From the IMG/VR virus record IMGVR_UViG_3300024270_000031, positions 1 through 64,000 of that record: 64,000 nt of DNA, one strand, 5' to 3'. Numbering within the stretch: the first letter of the stretch is position 1; every line of letters begins with the position of its first letter. The stretch is from an uncultured virus (IMG/VR IMGVR_UViG_3300024270_000031) (taxonomy: Duplodnaviria > Heunggongvirae > Uroviricota > Caudoviricetes). The notes under the pieces are model-generated. The model saw nothing but the letters and a program-made list of their open reading frames with translations, did no database searches and was not told the origin of the DNA. Positions 27,854-38,489 of the stretch are shown piece after piece. Both the position numbers and the translations under genes were made by a program.

Positions 27854-30800
27854 ATGCTTACAAAAAACGAAGTTGCAGCCTTAAACTTATCCCCAACAAA
27901 AAAGGATTTCGTTCAGATTTGGAATGAGTTGCTTGATGTAGCCGGAAAGCTTTCTGAACGCTGGGATCCCACCAGCACAAATGAGAGTGACCCTGGTATT
28001 GTAATTCTTAAAGCACTTACTGGTATTGCCGATAAGCTTAACTACAATATCGATAAGAATACTCTTGAAGCATTTATGCCAACTGCAGCACAGGAAGACT
28101 CTATGCGTAAGTTGTGTGATATGCTTGGTTATAATGTCAAGTATTATCGTTCAGCAGAAACAGATGTCACTATCAGATATCATAAGTTAGAAGACGATGC
28201 TGAGGATGGTTTTTGGGAAATTCCAAAATTTACGGTAATTACAAATGCTGATAAGGACGTTAGTTATTTTACTACTAATCAAAAGCCTTATTATATTTCT
28301 ACCATTTCTCCTTACATAACAATTAAGTGTATGGAAGGTCAGGTTGTTAAGTGCGAAAGTATTACTGATAATAATGTAATCACCGCAGAGCATATCTCTG
28401 AAAATAATAGATTTTATTTACCAGAAGCACAAATAGCTGAAAATGGTATTTTTGTTTATAACGTTTATAGTAAAGGTGAAACTTTGTGTGACGGTACGCA
28501 CTGGGAGAGAGTTGATAACTTAAATATTCAAGCTCGTGGATCTCGTGTGTTTAAATTTGGTTATGATTCCTATGAGAGCCGCCCATACATTGAATTTCCT
28601 GCTGACTATAGTGACTTGATAAATGAAGGTCTATTTATTTATTATACAAGAACAAGTGGTGCTGGTGGAAATGTTTCACCAAGAACCCTGACTAATCTTG
28701 AGATACCAAGCACCTGGGAGGGCGTAGCATCAGAGAACTTTAATGTTGAGAATACCTTTGCGGCAACCACTGGTGCAAATATTGAAACAATTAAGCAGGC
28801 CTATAATAACTTTAAAAAGACTATAGGTACTTTTGAAACTCTTGTTACTTGCAGAGACTACATGAACAAGATTTATACCCTTACTGACAGTAATGGTAAG
28901 GCTATTGTTTCTAATGCACTTGTTACTGATATTCGTAATGACTTAAATAGAGCTATTACACTTTGTAGCTGCGATACTAATGGTATTTTCTATAAAGATA
29001 CTCCTTTAACTACAACAGAAACAAGAATTCTTAAACTAAAAAATTCTGATGAGACTGTGGAAGTAGAAGATACGACTCCGGCAATCAATTACTTTGACCT
29101 TGTTTTGTACCCATTTAAATCATATTCTCAGATTAAAAACAATGTAAAAGATATACAAAAAGTCTATGATGACTCATTTACTTATAGTGCAAAAAGTTTT
29201 ACTGCAGTAGAAACTCAGATTAATAGTCTTAATATTAAAACTATCGCGCATAATATTATTCCTCCTCGTGTAGGTGATGTTGTTAGTATCAATAACTATC
29301 TAAGACTGAGTGCTATGATAGGTACTACGGTTAAAGTTACAGTAGAAGAAGGAGAGATTCTAAAAGAAATTATTAAAATAGCTCTTGCTAATGCTTTTAA
29401 TATGCGTGAGCTTGACTTTGGTGAAGAAATTCCTTTTGAAAGTATTGTAGAAGTTATTGAAAATGCCGACCCAAGAATTAAAATAGTATCTTTAAGTGAA
29501 CCTGCCCTATACACAACTTATTCTGTTTTTGAGAGCATTGACGAGTTAGACGGTACAGCTCAAATTAAGGAATACGCTGTTGCTTCTAAGTGGTTCGAAG
29601 CTGATGAGGCTGCAGTAACAGGCCGTTTTGAAATGGCAAAAGATGAGGAAGGTAACTATATTAGTAAATACTTTAATTCCGAGGATGCTAAAAAGATTTA
29701 TAATAAATTAGCTCTCCGTAATGTACTTGCTGGTAGAGTACCATTATTTAACTATAATACTACTTTTGATTCAAGCTTTTCTGAAGGAGCTTATAGAGTT
29801 ACTACTTCAAAGAAAAAGAAGAATGAAAGTGACCCAATCGAAAGTGAACCACTTACTCTCGGCGATATGCCAGAAGGCTTTGATGAGCCTACTGCCGATA
29901 ATCCATTTGTAATTAAAATAGATGATAAGGGTATTATATATACAGGTCAGTATCAAGGAACTAATGAACCTGAAGTCGATACAGATGTGAACCCGGATAC
30001 AGAACCTGCACCAATTATTTATACAAAAACTTATGTGCCAGATACTTATAGCAACGGAGTTATTATCAGTAATGCTGACAATAAGATTACAGAGATAACT
30101 ACAAGCTGTAAAGTAAACGCTTCTGAAACATTTAATGACGTGACCGGTACCAGTTATCAGGTATCAGATGTTGAACTCTCAACTGGAGAGTTTATTAGAT
30201 TTAGAGCTAAGAACTTTATAACTACTAAAACTTATCCTGCCTATGTTAACTATCACCTAGCCCTACAGAATAGTACGGTTAGTGAGGCAGAAGCAGCTGA
30301 AGCTAAGTCATTATCTTCAATCCTATCAGATAACAAGGAAAACTGGCAAAAGGTATTTGATTATTTTAATGGTACTACTAGAACAATTACATTAACTCAA
30401 AAAGTTATATATGATCCAGAGACTGAGAGCACCACGGCTGATACCCCTATGGAAGATGTCGATAATCCTGGAGTAGACCCAGAATACTCTTTTGCAGAAA
30501 TACTTATGCAAAGCGGTTGTATAAAGCTATCACACGGCGGCGTGCCTGAAATTGGTCTTTGTAGTGAAGCTGGTACTGAAGCCGAAACAGCTCCTGGCAA
30601 TATCAATGTAAATAACTTTAAAATTAAGTTTACAAATGGCTCTGACTATATTTTTACCGCAGGTACTTTTACAGACATAAAAGATAAAGTTAATACTTAT
30701 ATTATAGCTAATGCTGAGGATTTTAAAGCCGTAGGAGCTGACTGCTATATAAAGTATACTTTCGAGTATGTGCCTTTTGCGCATGAGACTCTGCCAAAGT

Positions 30801-32887
30801 GGAATGATTTTATTAAAAACGACTCACTGGCAATTTCGCCCGTCTCTGAGCATGGAAATTACTTATTCCGCGCTTATGGTGATGGTTATACACCTGGTAG
30901 AGGTGTTATGGCAAATACTTCTAAGCTTATCAGTTTTACAAGCAGTTATTTTGGACTGTTAGATAACTATCCTACCAGACTTCACGGTATTTATGTAGCA
31001 ACAAACCTTGGAGTAGACGCTAAAGCTAATACTATCAGCGATAATACTGAGTACATGCTTCGTACTGGTGAACGCTTATACATAGAATATACACCTTCCT
31101 CTACTGCTGAAGACGGCTCTACTAAAACCGGTGACGCAGTTCAAGAAATTTATGAAGCTGGTACTATTATCAGACCTCTTGGTTTTGAGGCTGGTTTGAT
31201 GGATTCTACTGCTTACGCGGAATCACATACCCCATTTAAGGAGGTAGTATTCAACGAAACAAATAGAATCGGTATGCACAGCCTAGGCACGAATGAGCAG
31301 ATTGAGATTAGAGATTTTGCAAAAGTAACCCTAAATGAAGAAACTTTTAAAACGTCACCTGTTGTGTACGTTTATAAAAACTTTGAGTGTGGTGAGCTTG
31401 AAAAGGCAGAATATAATGGTGGACTAAGAGTAAATAATTCTTATACGCTAAAAGACGGCGAGTATGTTTTCTATACTGATGAAAATAAAGCAGAGTATGC
31501 TTGCTTTACTTCAGGTACTGAAATTGTATTAAAAGGTAATACTAAGATTCCTCAAAAAGATATTATTGATATCGCTACAATTCTTGACAATGGTCCTCAA
31601 GATATTCCTTGGACGCCGCTTCGCTTATCTGGAAATGACAGTATTGAGCTTGTTGAGTACCAGTACATTACGCTGGGCCCTGGAGATACTTTAAAAAATC
31701 TTACTATTGTTGGGTCAAAAGATAGCCGTGATAACTACTTAAGTTCGAAGTGGCAGTACTGTGATAATGTTAAGTATCTACCTGCAGGTGCAGAAGATCC
31801 TGTTAGTTTAGCGCCTATTAGTATTTATGATGATGATTCTGCTGGTAATGGCTGGGAAGTATGCAGCATTTTAGAGTTAAATGTGTCCCCAAATAATCCT
31901 CAGACATTACGTAAAACTGATAAAGTTACGACAAGCGTAACCCTTAAGGCCGCCAATACAACAGAAGAAACGGTACTTGAGCCAAAAGAAGGTTATCCTA
32001 TTTCATTTAAGACAAATTTAGCTTGTCAAACCAGCGGCAGCTCGATTAAACTATCAGACTTGTATAATAATCCAAATAACTTAGATCATTTTGAAGTTAA
32101 GGTATTTGCGGATAATGCTCCGTCTGTTATAAAAACAAAACCTGGAACTGTTATACCTTACTTGGAGACCGCTGGACCTGTTGATATGGCAAAACTGCCT
32201 GCTTCTATTGAGACGCTTGTTACTACTTATAATAAGCTATGGAGTGCTGTTGGGCTTAAGGCATTAGCAACTAGTACGGATGACTATGAAAATGCTATAA
32301 AGTTTTCTGTAGTGACTTTGCCTAATACCTATGGTATTTTCAGTATTTACCTAGAAAATAGTAGTAATGCTAATACTTGGATAGAGCTATTACCAGGTGC
32401 AAGCCTAGACAATATCGAGTTACTAAACACATCAAAAACTGTAGAGGGTAATAAGATAATGCTCAAAGCTGGATTAAATTGCATAAAGATTGCTTCTACT
32501 TGTGATTTATTCATAAAAACCGATAGCAGCTCACAGGGCACTCTTTGCTTTGATAACCTGCGTCTTATTGACGTGACAGACGATAATTCTATGGGATTAA
32601 ATATTAAGCAAATAGGTTATTTTGCTATTGAGGAGTCTTCTGGCGAGTCCCAGCTACTAACTGATATTCGTGCTATTGACAAGGATGGTGAGTTTTATTA
32701 TAACGTACCAGTTGAGTCTAGCATTGCAATTGATTTTGATGAAAGCTCTGTTACGCCTGATACGCTATTAAATCCGTTTATTAGCTATGATATTAATAAT
32801 ATAAATAACAACTTTGTTATTTCAAAACTTGATATTAATCAGCTTTCTAACGGTTTACAGATTGCTCGTTCGTCTCGTATTAGCTAA
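27854..32887 (+). CDS. Large baseplate wedge protein (gp6/J-like N-terminus)
   Basis: KDFVQIWNEL...W...ESDPG..L, LGY, LVTCRDY motifs; 1677 aa. Confidence 0.75.
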   Translation: MLTKNEVAALNLSPTKKDFVQIWNELLDVAGKLSERWDPTSTNESDPGIVILKALTGIADKLNYNIDKNTLEAFMPTAAQEDSMRKLCDMLGYNVKYYRSAETDVTIRYHKLEDDAEDGFWEIPKFTVITNADKDVSYFTTNQKPYYISTISPYITIKCMEGQVVKCESITDNNVITAEHISENNRFYLPEAQIAENGIFVYNVYSKGETLCDGTHWERVDNLNIQARGSRVFKFGYDSYESRPYIEFPADYSDLINEGLFIYYTRTSGAGGNVSPRTLTNLEIPSTWEGVASENFNVENTFAATTGANIETIKQAYNNFKKTIGTFETLVTCRDYMNKIYTLTDSNGKAIVSNALVTDIRNDLNRAITLCSCDTNGIFYKDTPLTTTETRILKLKNSDETVEVEDTTPAINYFDLVLYPFKSYSQIKNNVKDIQKVYDDSFTYSAKSFTAVETQINSLNIKTIAHNIIPPRVGDVVSINNYLRLSAMIGTTVKVTVEEGEILKEIIKIALANAFNMRELDFGEEIPFESIVEVIENADPRIKIVSLSEPALYTTYSVFESIDELDGTAQIKEYAVASKWFEADEAAVTGRFEMAKDEEGNYISKYFNSEDAKKIYNKLALRNVLAGRVPLFNYNTTFDSSFSEGAYRVTTSKKKKNESDPIESEPLTLGDMPEGFDEPTADNPFVIKIDDKGIIYTGQYQGTNEPEVDTDVNPDTEPAPIIYTKTYVPDTYSNGVIISNADNKITEITTSCKVNASETFNDVTGTSYQVSDVELSTGEFIRFRAKNFITTKTYPAYVNYHLALQNSTVSEAEAAEAKSLSSILSDNKENWQKVFDYFNGTTRTITLTQKVIYDPETESTTADTPMEDVDNPGVDPEYSFAEILMQSGCIKLSHGGVPEIGLCSEAGTEAETAPGNINVNNFKIKFTNGSDYIFTAGTFTDIKDKVNTYIIANAEDFKAVGADCYIKYTFEYVPFAHETLPKWNDFIKNDSLAISPVSEHGNYLFRAYGDGYTPGRGVMANTSKLISFTSSYFGLLDNYPTRLHGIYVATNLGVDAKANTISDNTEYMLRTGERLYIEYTPSSTAEDGSTKTGDAVQEIYEAGTIIRPLGFEAGLMDSTAYAESHTPFKEVVFNETNRIGMHSLGTNEQIEIRDFAKVTLNEETFKTSPVVYVYKNFECGELEKAEYNGGLRVNNSYTLKDGEYVFYTDENKAEYACFTSGTEIVLKGNTKIPQKDIIDIATILDNGPQDIPWTPLRLSGNDSIELVEYQYITLGPGDTLKNLTIVGSKDSRDNYLSSKWQYCDNVKYLPAGAEDPVSLAPISIYDDDSAGNGWEVCSILELNVSPNNPQTLRKTDKVTTSVTLKAANTTEETVLEPKEGYPISFKTNLACQTSGSSIKLSDLYNNPNNLDHFEVKVFADNAPSVIKTKPGTVIPYLETAGPVDMAKLPASIETLVTTYNKLWSAVGLKALATSTDDYENAIKFSVVTLPNTYGIFSIYLENSSNANTWIELLPGASLDNIELLNTSKTVEGNKIMLKAGLNCIKIASTCDLFIKTDSSSQGTLCFDNLRLIDVTDDNSMGLNIKQIGYFAIEESSGESQLLTDIRAIDKDGEFYYNVPVESSIAIDFDESSVTPDTLLNPFISYDINNINNNFVISKLDINQLSNGLQIARSSRIS

Positions 32888-32898
32888 GGAGGTTTGGC

Positions 32899-33672
32899 AT
32901 GATTAATTTTTATAATCAAGTTCCTTCTGTGTACACCAGTGCATCAAGAGACTTTCAGTATTTGAGTTGGCTAATTAACATTGTGCTTAATTATGTTAAG
33001 CACAATGTTGACAGCCTGTATAATTTACCTGCCACAAGTGCAAATCCAAAGTTAACAGAATTGCTTGCTGCTACGCTTGGTTTTAAAGTAAAGCGTAACT
33101 ACGATCAAAAACAGCTTGCTGCACTAGTTGCAGTGCTGCCAATAATTATACGTTATAAAGGTACAAAAACTGCAGTAGATACCGCTGGTAATGCGATGAT
33201 CGCAGCTGTTGGTTCATCTGGTACTTTTTTGAGTACCTTTTCTGACGGTGTGCTAGAAGTGTGCCTTCCTGAAAAACTTATAGATGTAACACTATTTACT
33301 GACCTGCTTCCTTATATTGTGCCTGCGGGAATTACCTGTCGTATATTAAATACCAATATTGTATCAAAAGGATATACTACTGAAGTTCGTTATTCTGACA
33401 AACTTACTGCAGAGTTTTATCCAGATATTACCTGGGATAGTAAAAGTCATGCTATTACTGGTATATCTGCTATGTACGAAGAGCCTGGTGCAAACTTTGT
33501 TAACGCAGAGCCTAGTTTTGCTAACTACTTTACAGACGGTGATACTAATACACTAAATATTGGCTTGCTAGATAATAATATTATTCCCACTTTGGATGAA
33601 GCTGTAGCAGATCCTGACTCAAATTACGAGGCTATTACGGCCTCTAGCGGTGATACTGATACCGAAGAATAA
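32899..33672 (+). CDS. Baseplate/tail protein (P2 gpI-like)
   Basis: LAATLGF...RYKGTKTAV...PAG pattern following the wedge gene. Confidence 0.6.
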   Translation: MINFYNQVPSVYTSASRDFQYLSWLINIVLNYVKHNVDSLYNLPATSANPKLTELLAATLGFKVKRNYDQKQLAALVAVLPIIIRYKGTKTAVDTAGNAMIAAVGSSGTFLSTFSDGVLEVCLPEKLIDVTLFTDLLPYIVPAGITCRILNTNIVSKGYTTEVRYSDKLTAEFYPDITWDSKSHAITGISAMYEEPGANFVNAEPSFANYFTDGDTNTLNIGLLDNNIIPTLDEAVADPDSNYEAITASSGDTDTEE

Positions 33673-33764
33673 ATCAATATATTAAAACGCTAACTACCTA
33701 TAATAAAAATAAAAGATTATAGGTAGTTAGTGATAGTTATGGTATATACAAGGAGAAAATTTTT

Positions 33765-34283
33765 ATGAAAAATACCGCAATAAATACACTCGCCTATACT
33801 GGTGTAGTGACATTATCACAGTACATAGGCCAAAAAAAGTATAAAGTTGCTACGCTTCATAATGAAGGCGGCAACTCACTATTTAATTTTCTAGCAGATT
33901 GCTTAGTAGGAGATTTTACCATTGCTAGGTCAAATAAACCAAGTAAAATTATGCTAATATCTCGTACTGCAAACGGTTCAGGTGATTATACTTATACAAG
34001 TGCCTCCGGTTTTATCTTTTTGCTAACAGACCCAGAAAAGGTATATGATGTTGCAAGTTCTGGTTTAAATTGTAGAGTTCGTTATAGTTTTATTATACCG
34101 CAAGATATGATTGAGGGTATAAGTTTAGATAATCTTGGTATAGGATTATACTCATATTCCGAAACCGCTCCAGAGGCTTTTGCAGCTTATTGTGAGTTAG
34201 GTGTAACTACAAACAGCTTGATCAATACTGCTCTTGTAGTAGACTGGGAACTAATTATTTCTAACAGCTCTGTACAAGAATAA
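33765..34283 (+). CDS. Putative virion structural protein
   Basis: Context; beta-rich, ends LVVDWELII. Confidence 0.5.
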   Translation: MKNTAINTLAYTGVVTLSQYIGQKKYKVATLHNEGGNSLFNFLADCLVGDFTIARSNKPSKIMLISRTANGSGDYTYTSASGFIFLLTDPEKVYDVASSGLNCRVRYSFIIPQDMIEGISLDNLGIGLYSYSETAPEAFAAYCELGVTTNSLINTALVVDWELIISNSSVQE

Positions 34284-34300
34284 ATTAAAGGAGACTTCTC

Positions 34301-35485
34301 ATGTTTATTGAAACACACTCAGATAATGATATAACTTTAGCTTTTATAAAAAGTGGCAATGTTAGAGCCTACCCATGTGGTCGTAGACGTAGCACAGAGA
34401 TCGACCGTGATGGTAGTAATATAACAACAGAGGATAAGTACCGCATTCCTTTTGACCCAGAGGCACGTTTAAATACTGAAGCTAATGCATTAAAACATTC
34501 CAGTATGAATGGATATACACAAACTTATATTAAGCAATTTAATGATGATAATAGTAATCTATTTGAGCTTGCTTTGGGTGGGTATTTATTTAGTATTGAC
34601 TTGCGGGACAATGACGATTCTTATGCTTCAGTAGATAAATTTTGTGAGAAACTATTAATCAGTTTAGGTGTGACTGAGCCAAGCTACATTTTTGCTAATA
34701 TTTTGATTGAAGATGTACACCTTTATTCAGGCTTCCAGGAGTACTTTACAGGAATTCTTCGTAACCAGAAGGACTCTGCAGGAGAGACTCCGGAAACTTC
34801 CTTGGACCTACTAAGGGCTGCCCGTAGTACAACAGCCGGTCAAGCTGTAGATACTGTAGATGCAAAAAATCCTGCAGACTACTATTTTTCAGGTTTATCT
34901 TTTTCAGTAGCGCCGCTTGCCGGCTCAATTCCAGATGATGTACCATATTATGTAAAACCATTAGCTGTTGAAAGAGATACTACTACTGTTAATCAAACCT
35001 GTATTTCATTACGCCTATTTGAAAAGATTGAGGGTGAGTGGAAACTTTATAATCAAGCGCTATTACCTGAAATTTCACATGGCCCTGATGCTCACTCTGT
35101 AAAGGTCGCCATTCTTTCTAGTGATGCTATTAGTGCTAATAATCTTGATGCAAATAACAAAGTAACTGCACCAATGGCAGAGATAGGTAGCCTATCTGCT
35201 AAAAATATTCTTGTTACTGCTGAAGAAGGTATTGAGGGCTCCGGTAAAATTGGTACAGTAGACAGTAAAGTACCCGAAATGTGGGCACAAAAAATAAACG
35301 CAACAGCACTTTCTGTCGGTAGCGATACTTCAGTAATTTCAGCAGCAGCAGGAACTGTTACTGCTCCAACTTTTATACAAAAAATAGAAGATACAAACTA
35401 CCCGGTACCTGCTATAACGCTTGTAGAATCTGGTAGTGGTGAGTTCCAGTTACAAATTTTGCGTGTTAGAACTACGACAGATTAA
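34301..35485 (+). CDS. Putative tail/fibre-associated structural protein
   Basis: Context, A/S/T-rich C-terminal region. Confidence 0.5.
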   Translation: MFIETHSDNDITLAFIKSGNVRAYPCGRRRSTEIDRDGSNITTEDKYRIPFDPEARLNTEANALKHSSMNGYTQTYIKQFNDDNSNLFELALGGYLFSIDLRDNDDSYASVDKFCEKLLISLGVTEPSYIFANILIEDVHLYSGFQEYFTGILRNQKDSAGETPETSLDLLRAARSTTAGQAVDTVDAKNPADYYFSGLSFSVAPLAGSIPDDVPYYVKPLAVERDTTTVNQTCISLRLFEKIEGEWKLYNQALLPEISHGPDAHSVKVAILSSDAISANNLDANNKVTAPMAEIGSLSAKNILVTAEEGIEGSGKIGTVDSKVPEMWAQKINATALSVGSDTSVISAAAGTVTAPTFIQKIEDTNYPVPAITLVESGSGEFQLQILRVRTTTD

Positions 35486-35575
35486 TAATTTGTTAATTTA
35501 ATAAAGAGCTACAAATTATTGGCTAAATTAAATGATAAAATTATGCTTATTATTTAGTCAAAGGAGAAACACTAA

Positions 35576-36280
35576 ATGCCAGGTTGGTTAATAACTGTGC
35601 TAAGCACGGCGGGTTCAGTGCTATTAACACTGACAATTACATTATTATTTAATAAATTAGTAGCACTTCCAAAAGAGTTGAGAAAGCAACGTGAGGCAGA
35701 GGCAGCTCGGCAAGCTGAAGAAGAGTCTAGAAAAGAAGCTGCTAGAAAAGCAGAAGTAGATGCTCTTAAAGCAGAAATTGCAAATGAGCGCGCAACGGCT
35801 AGAGCGGTAGAAGACCAGCTTAGATGTGAGCTTGTAGCAAAGGAAGCTAGGATTCTTTCGTTAGAAGCAGCAGTAGACGCACTACCTGGTTATAGAGCAC
35901 AGAGTTTGCAGATTCAGCAACAACTGCAGTCTACCGACCAAGAAATTTTAGTTGCATTAACAGAGATTAAAGGTGGTATAAAAGAAAACCAAAATATCTT
36001 AAATACTCGCCTTGACCGTCTTGAAGATCGTGAGAAAAATGCAATACGTGCAAAACTCTTAGATGAATTTAGATTATTTACAGATGAGCATAAAAATCCT
36101 ATGCAGGCTTGGTCTGAGATGGAGCATCATGCATTCTTCAAATTAGTCAAAGACTATGAAGCATTGAATGGTAATGACTACGTACACAGTGAAGTGCTTC
36201 CTGCAATGAATAGACTTGAAGTAATTCCTATGAGCAATAAAGAAAAATTACTTGAATTAATGCAGAGTAGAAGATTATAA
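35576..36280 (+). CDS. Holin-like membrane-anchored coiled-coil protein
   Basis: N-terminal TM, coiled coil, C-terminal YEALNGN motif; GCTAAATTA upstream. Confidence 0.5.
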   Translation: MPGWLITVLSTAGSVLLTLTITLLFNKLVALPKELRKQREAEAARQAEEESRKEAARKAEVDALKAEIANERATARAVEDQLRCELVAKEARILSLEAAVDALPGYRAQSLQIQQQLQSTDQEILVALTEIKGGIKENQNILNTRLDRLEDREKNAIRAKLLDEFRLFTDEHKNPMQAWSEMEHHAFFKLVKDYEALNGNDYVHSEVLPAMNRLEVIPMSNKEKLLELMQSRRL

Positions 36281-36393
36281 TATTAAGCTAAAACGGGTCC
36301 GTCAATAGATGGGCCCTTTTTATTTGTTAAATTTTAAGATTATATGCTGTATAATATAAAGTATAAAGATATTGAAGGAGAAGATACCAAAAG

Positions 36394-38478
36394 ATGTCAA
36401 AACAATACACTTCTGATAATATTAAAGTTTTAAATGACATCGAGCATATTCAGCTAAGATCTGGTATGTATATTGGCGAAGCCAATGACCCTAGATCTCT
36501 GTTTTCTGAGATGTTCGACAATGCCATGGATGAGGTAAGCGCCGGGCATTCCACTGAACTTGTTGTAGAAGTTGATACCAAAGAAAACAGATACACTGTT
36601 CATGACTTTGGCCGAGGAATCCCTCACGGCAAGAAAAAGCTCGAGAACGGCGAGGAAAAGGAAGTAATCGAAGTCCTTATGACCGTTGCTAACTCAGGCG
36701 GTAAATTTGATAATAATTCCTATAATTATTCTGCCGGCCTTAATGGTGTCGGTATGACTGTTACTAACGCTTTATCTGAAACGTTTACAGTTAGGTCCAG
36801 ACGAAGCGGTAAATTTGTTGAGGTAACTACTCACGGTTCCGCGGAAACTGAGCTTAAAAAAGGTAAAACAGAAGAGCTTCATGGCACTTCGGCTTCATTT
36901 ATTCCTAACAAAAAGTACTTCCACTCTGTAAAAATTCCTAAGGATTTTATTCTTAGCCGTTGTAAAATTGCGTCGGCACTTGGTTTTAGAGCGCGCTGCA
37001 TTATTGATGGTGAAGAGCAAGATACTAATTGTACCATTTTTGATTTGATCAAAGAGGAAGATACTAAGATCGCTACTTATGTAGATATTCCAACCATTGA
37101 GGTACAGAACGAAGCGGGCGAGTCTATGAAAGTAGCTCTTAGATATACTTCTGATACTAAGGATAGATACTTTGGTTATACTAACCTTCTTGCAAACTAC
37201 CTCGGAGGTACCCATGTTCAGTGCCTTTCTAAAACGGTTATTTCTGCATGGGAAACCTTAATTAGTAAATATAAAAATTTGAGACCTGCTGTAGAGCTTA
37301 AGTCTTCAGACTACCTCGTAGGCCTCAGAGGTATTTGTGCTGTATTTATTTCTCACCCTGAGTTTTCTTCTCAGACGAAGGAGAAATTGGTCGTTAATAA
37401 GGCTTATTTTGACGACCTTATGGAAGCTTTCAGCAAGAGCCTAGTAAAGTACCTCACTGACAATATTGAGGTTGCACAGCAGCTTATAAAGCGCTTTGAG
37501 GAGTATCGTGTAGCTCAAAATGCCTTGCTTTCTCGTAAGGAAATTTCTTCATTGATTAAGATTAATGAGGACTCTGGTGATAATATCAGACGTCGTTCTG
37601 TAGTAAGTAAGCTTGTAGAGTGTGCTTCCAGAAAGAGAGATGATACAGAGCTCTTTATTGTTGAAGGTGATTCAGCTATGGGCCCGTACCTCTATGTAAG
37701 AGATAAAGCAACCCAGGCAGTACTTCCTATCAGAGGTAAGATTCTTAATACTACTTATAAGGACCTTAAGGAAGTAATTCAGAACAAAGAAATTTGTGAT
37801 ATTGCAAACTCTATTGGTTGTGGTATTGGAGCTCAGTGTGATGCTTCAAAATCAAGATATGAGAGAATTATTATATCTGCCGACGCCGACCCTGACGGAC
37901 TTCAGATTAACTGCCTTGTTCTTGCAGTATTTATTAACCTGTTTCCTGACATGGTTAAGCAGGGAAGAGTATTTGTTTCTTTGCCACCTCTTTATTGTTG
38001 GGGCAAGAGTGCCAAGGATTACGGCTGGTGTAATAAGGTAGAGGATATTCCTGCTACTGCAAAAGATGTTCACCGCTTCAAAGGTCTTGGAGAAATGAAC
38101 GATGACCAGCTTTATTACTTCCTTGTAGATAAGAATACTAGAAATGTACTTCAGATTGAATACCCTTCTGATATTGATGAGTTTAATAAAATTTTAGGTA
38201 CCTCTGAAGGTAAGGGTAGTCTTCTTAAGGACCTTGGAATTATTCTTAATTCTGAGACGAAGGTATTTACTAATCCTGAGCCTGTAGTTAAGCGGGACAA
38301 TAATATTGTGCCTGTTACTGTCGACGGTCCTGTGCTTACTGTTAAAGAGCCTGTTCCTGTTGAAAAAATTACAAAACCTAGAAAGAAGCCCGCTGAGAAA
38401 AGCTCTACAAAAAAGATTGCAATAGTTGGCACCGGTAAACCTGCTATGCCAAATTTGTTTGACGGGCTATTTGACTAA
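36394..38478 (+). CDS. Type IIA topoisomerase subunit B (GyrB/ParE-like)
   Basis: EMFDNAMDE, DFGRGIP, GLNGVG, VEGDSA, PIRGKILN, DADPDG, RFKGLGEM. Confidence 0.95.
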   Translation: MSKQYTSDNIKVLNDIEHIQLRSGMYIGEANDPRSLFSEMFDNAMDEVSAGHSTELVVEVDTKENRYTVHDFGRGIPHGKKKLENGEEKEVIEVLMTVANSGGKFDNNSYNYSAGLNGVGMTVTNALSETFTVRSRRSGKFVEVTTHGSAETELKKGKTEELHGTSASFIPNKKYFHSVKIPKDFILSRCKIASALGFRARCIIDGEEQDTNCTIFDLIKEEDTKIATYVDIPTIEVQNEAGESMKVALRYTSDTKDRYFGYTNLLANYLGGTHVQCLSKTVISAWETLISKYKNLRPAVELKSSDYLVGLRGICAVFISHPEFSSQTKEKLVVNKAYFDDLMEAFSKSLVKYLTDNIEVAQQLIKRFEEYRVAQNALLSRKEISSLIKINEDSGDNIRRRSVVSKLVECASRKRDDTELFIVEGDSAMGPYLYVRDKATQAVLPIRGKILNTTYKDLKEVIQNKEICDIANSIGCGIGAQCDASKSRYERIIISADADPDGLQINCLVLAVFINLFPDMVKQGRVFVSLPPLYCWGKSAKDYGWCNKVEDIPATAKDVHRFKGLGEMNDDQLYYFLVDKNTRNVLQIEYPSDIDEFNKILGTSEGKGSLLKDLGIILNSETKVFTNPEPVVKRDNNIVPVTVDGPVLTVKEPVPVEKITKPRKKPAEKSSTKKIAIVGTGKPAMPNLFDGLFD

Positions 38479-38489
38479 GGAGGAAATAT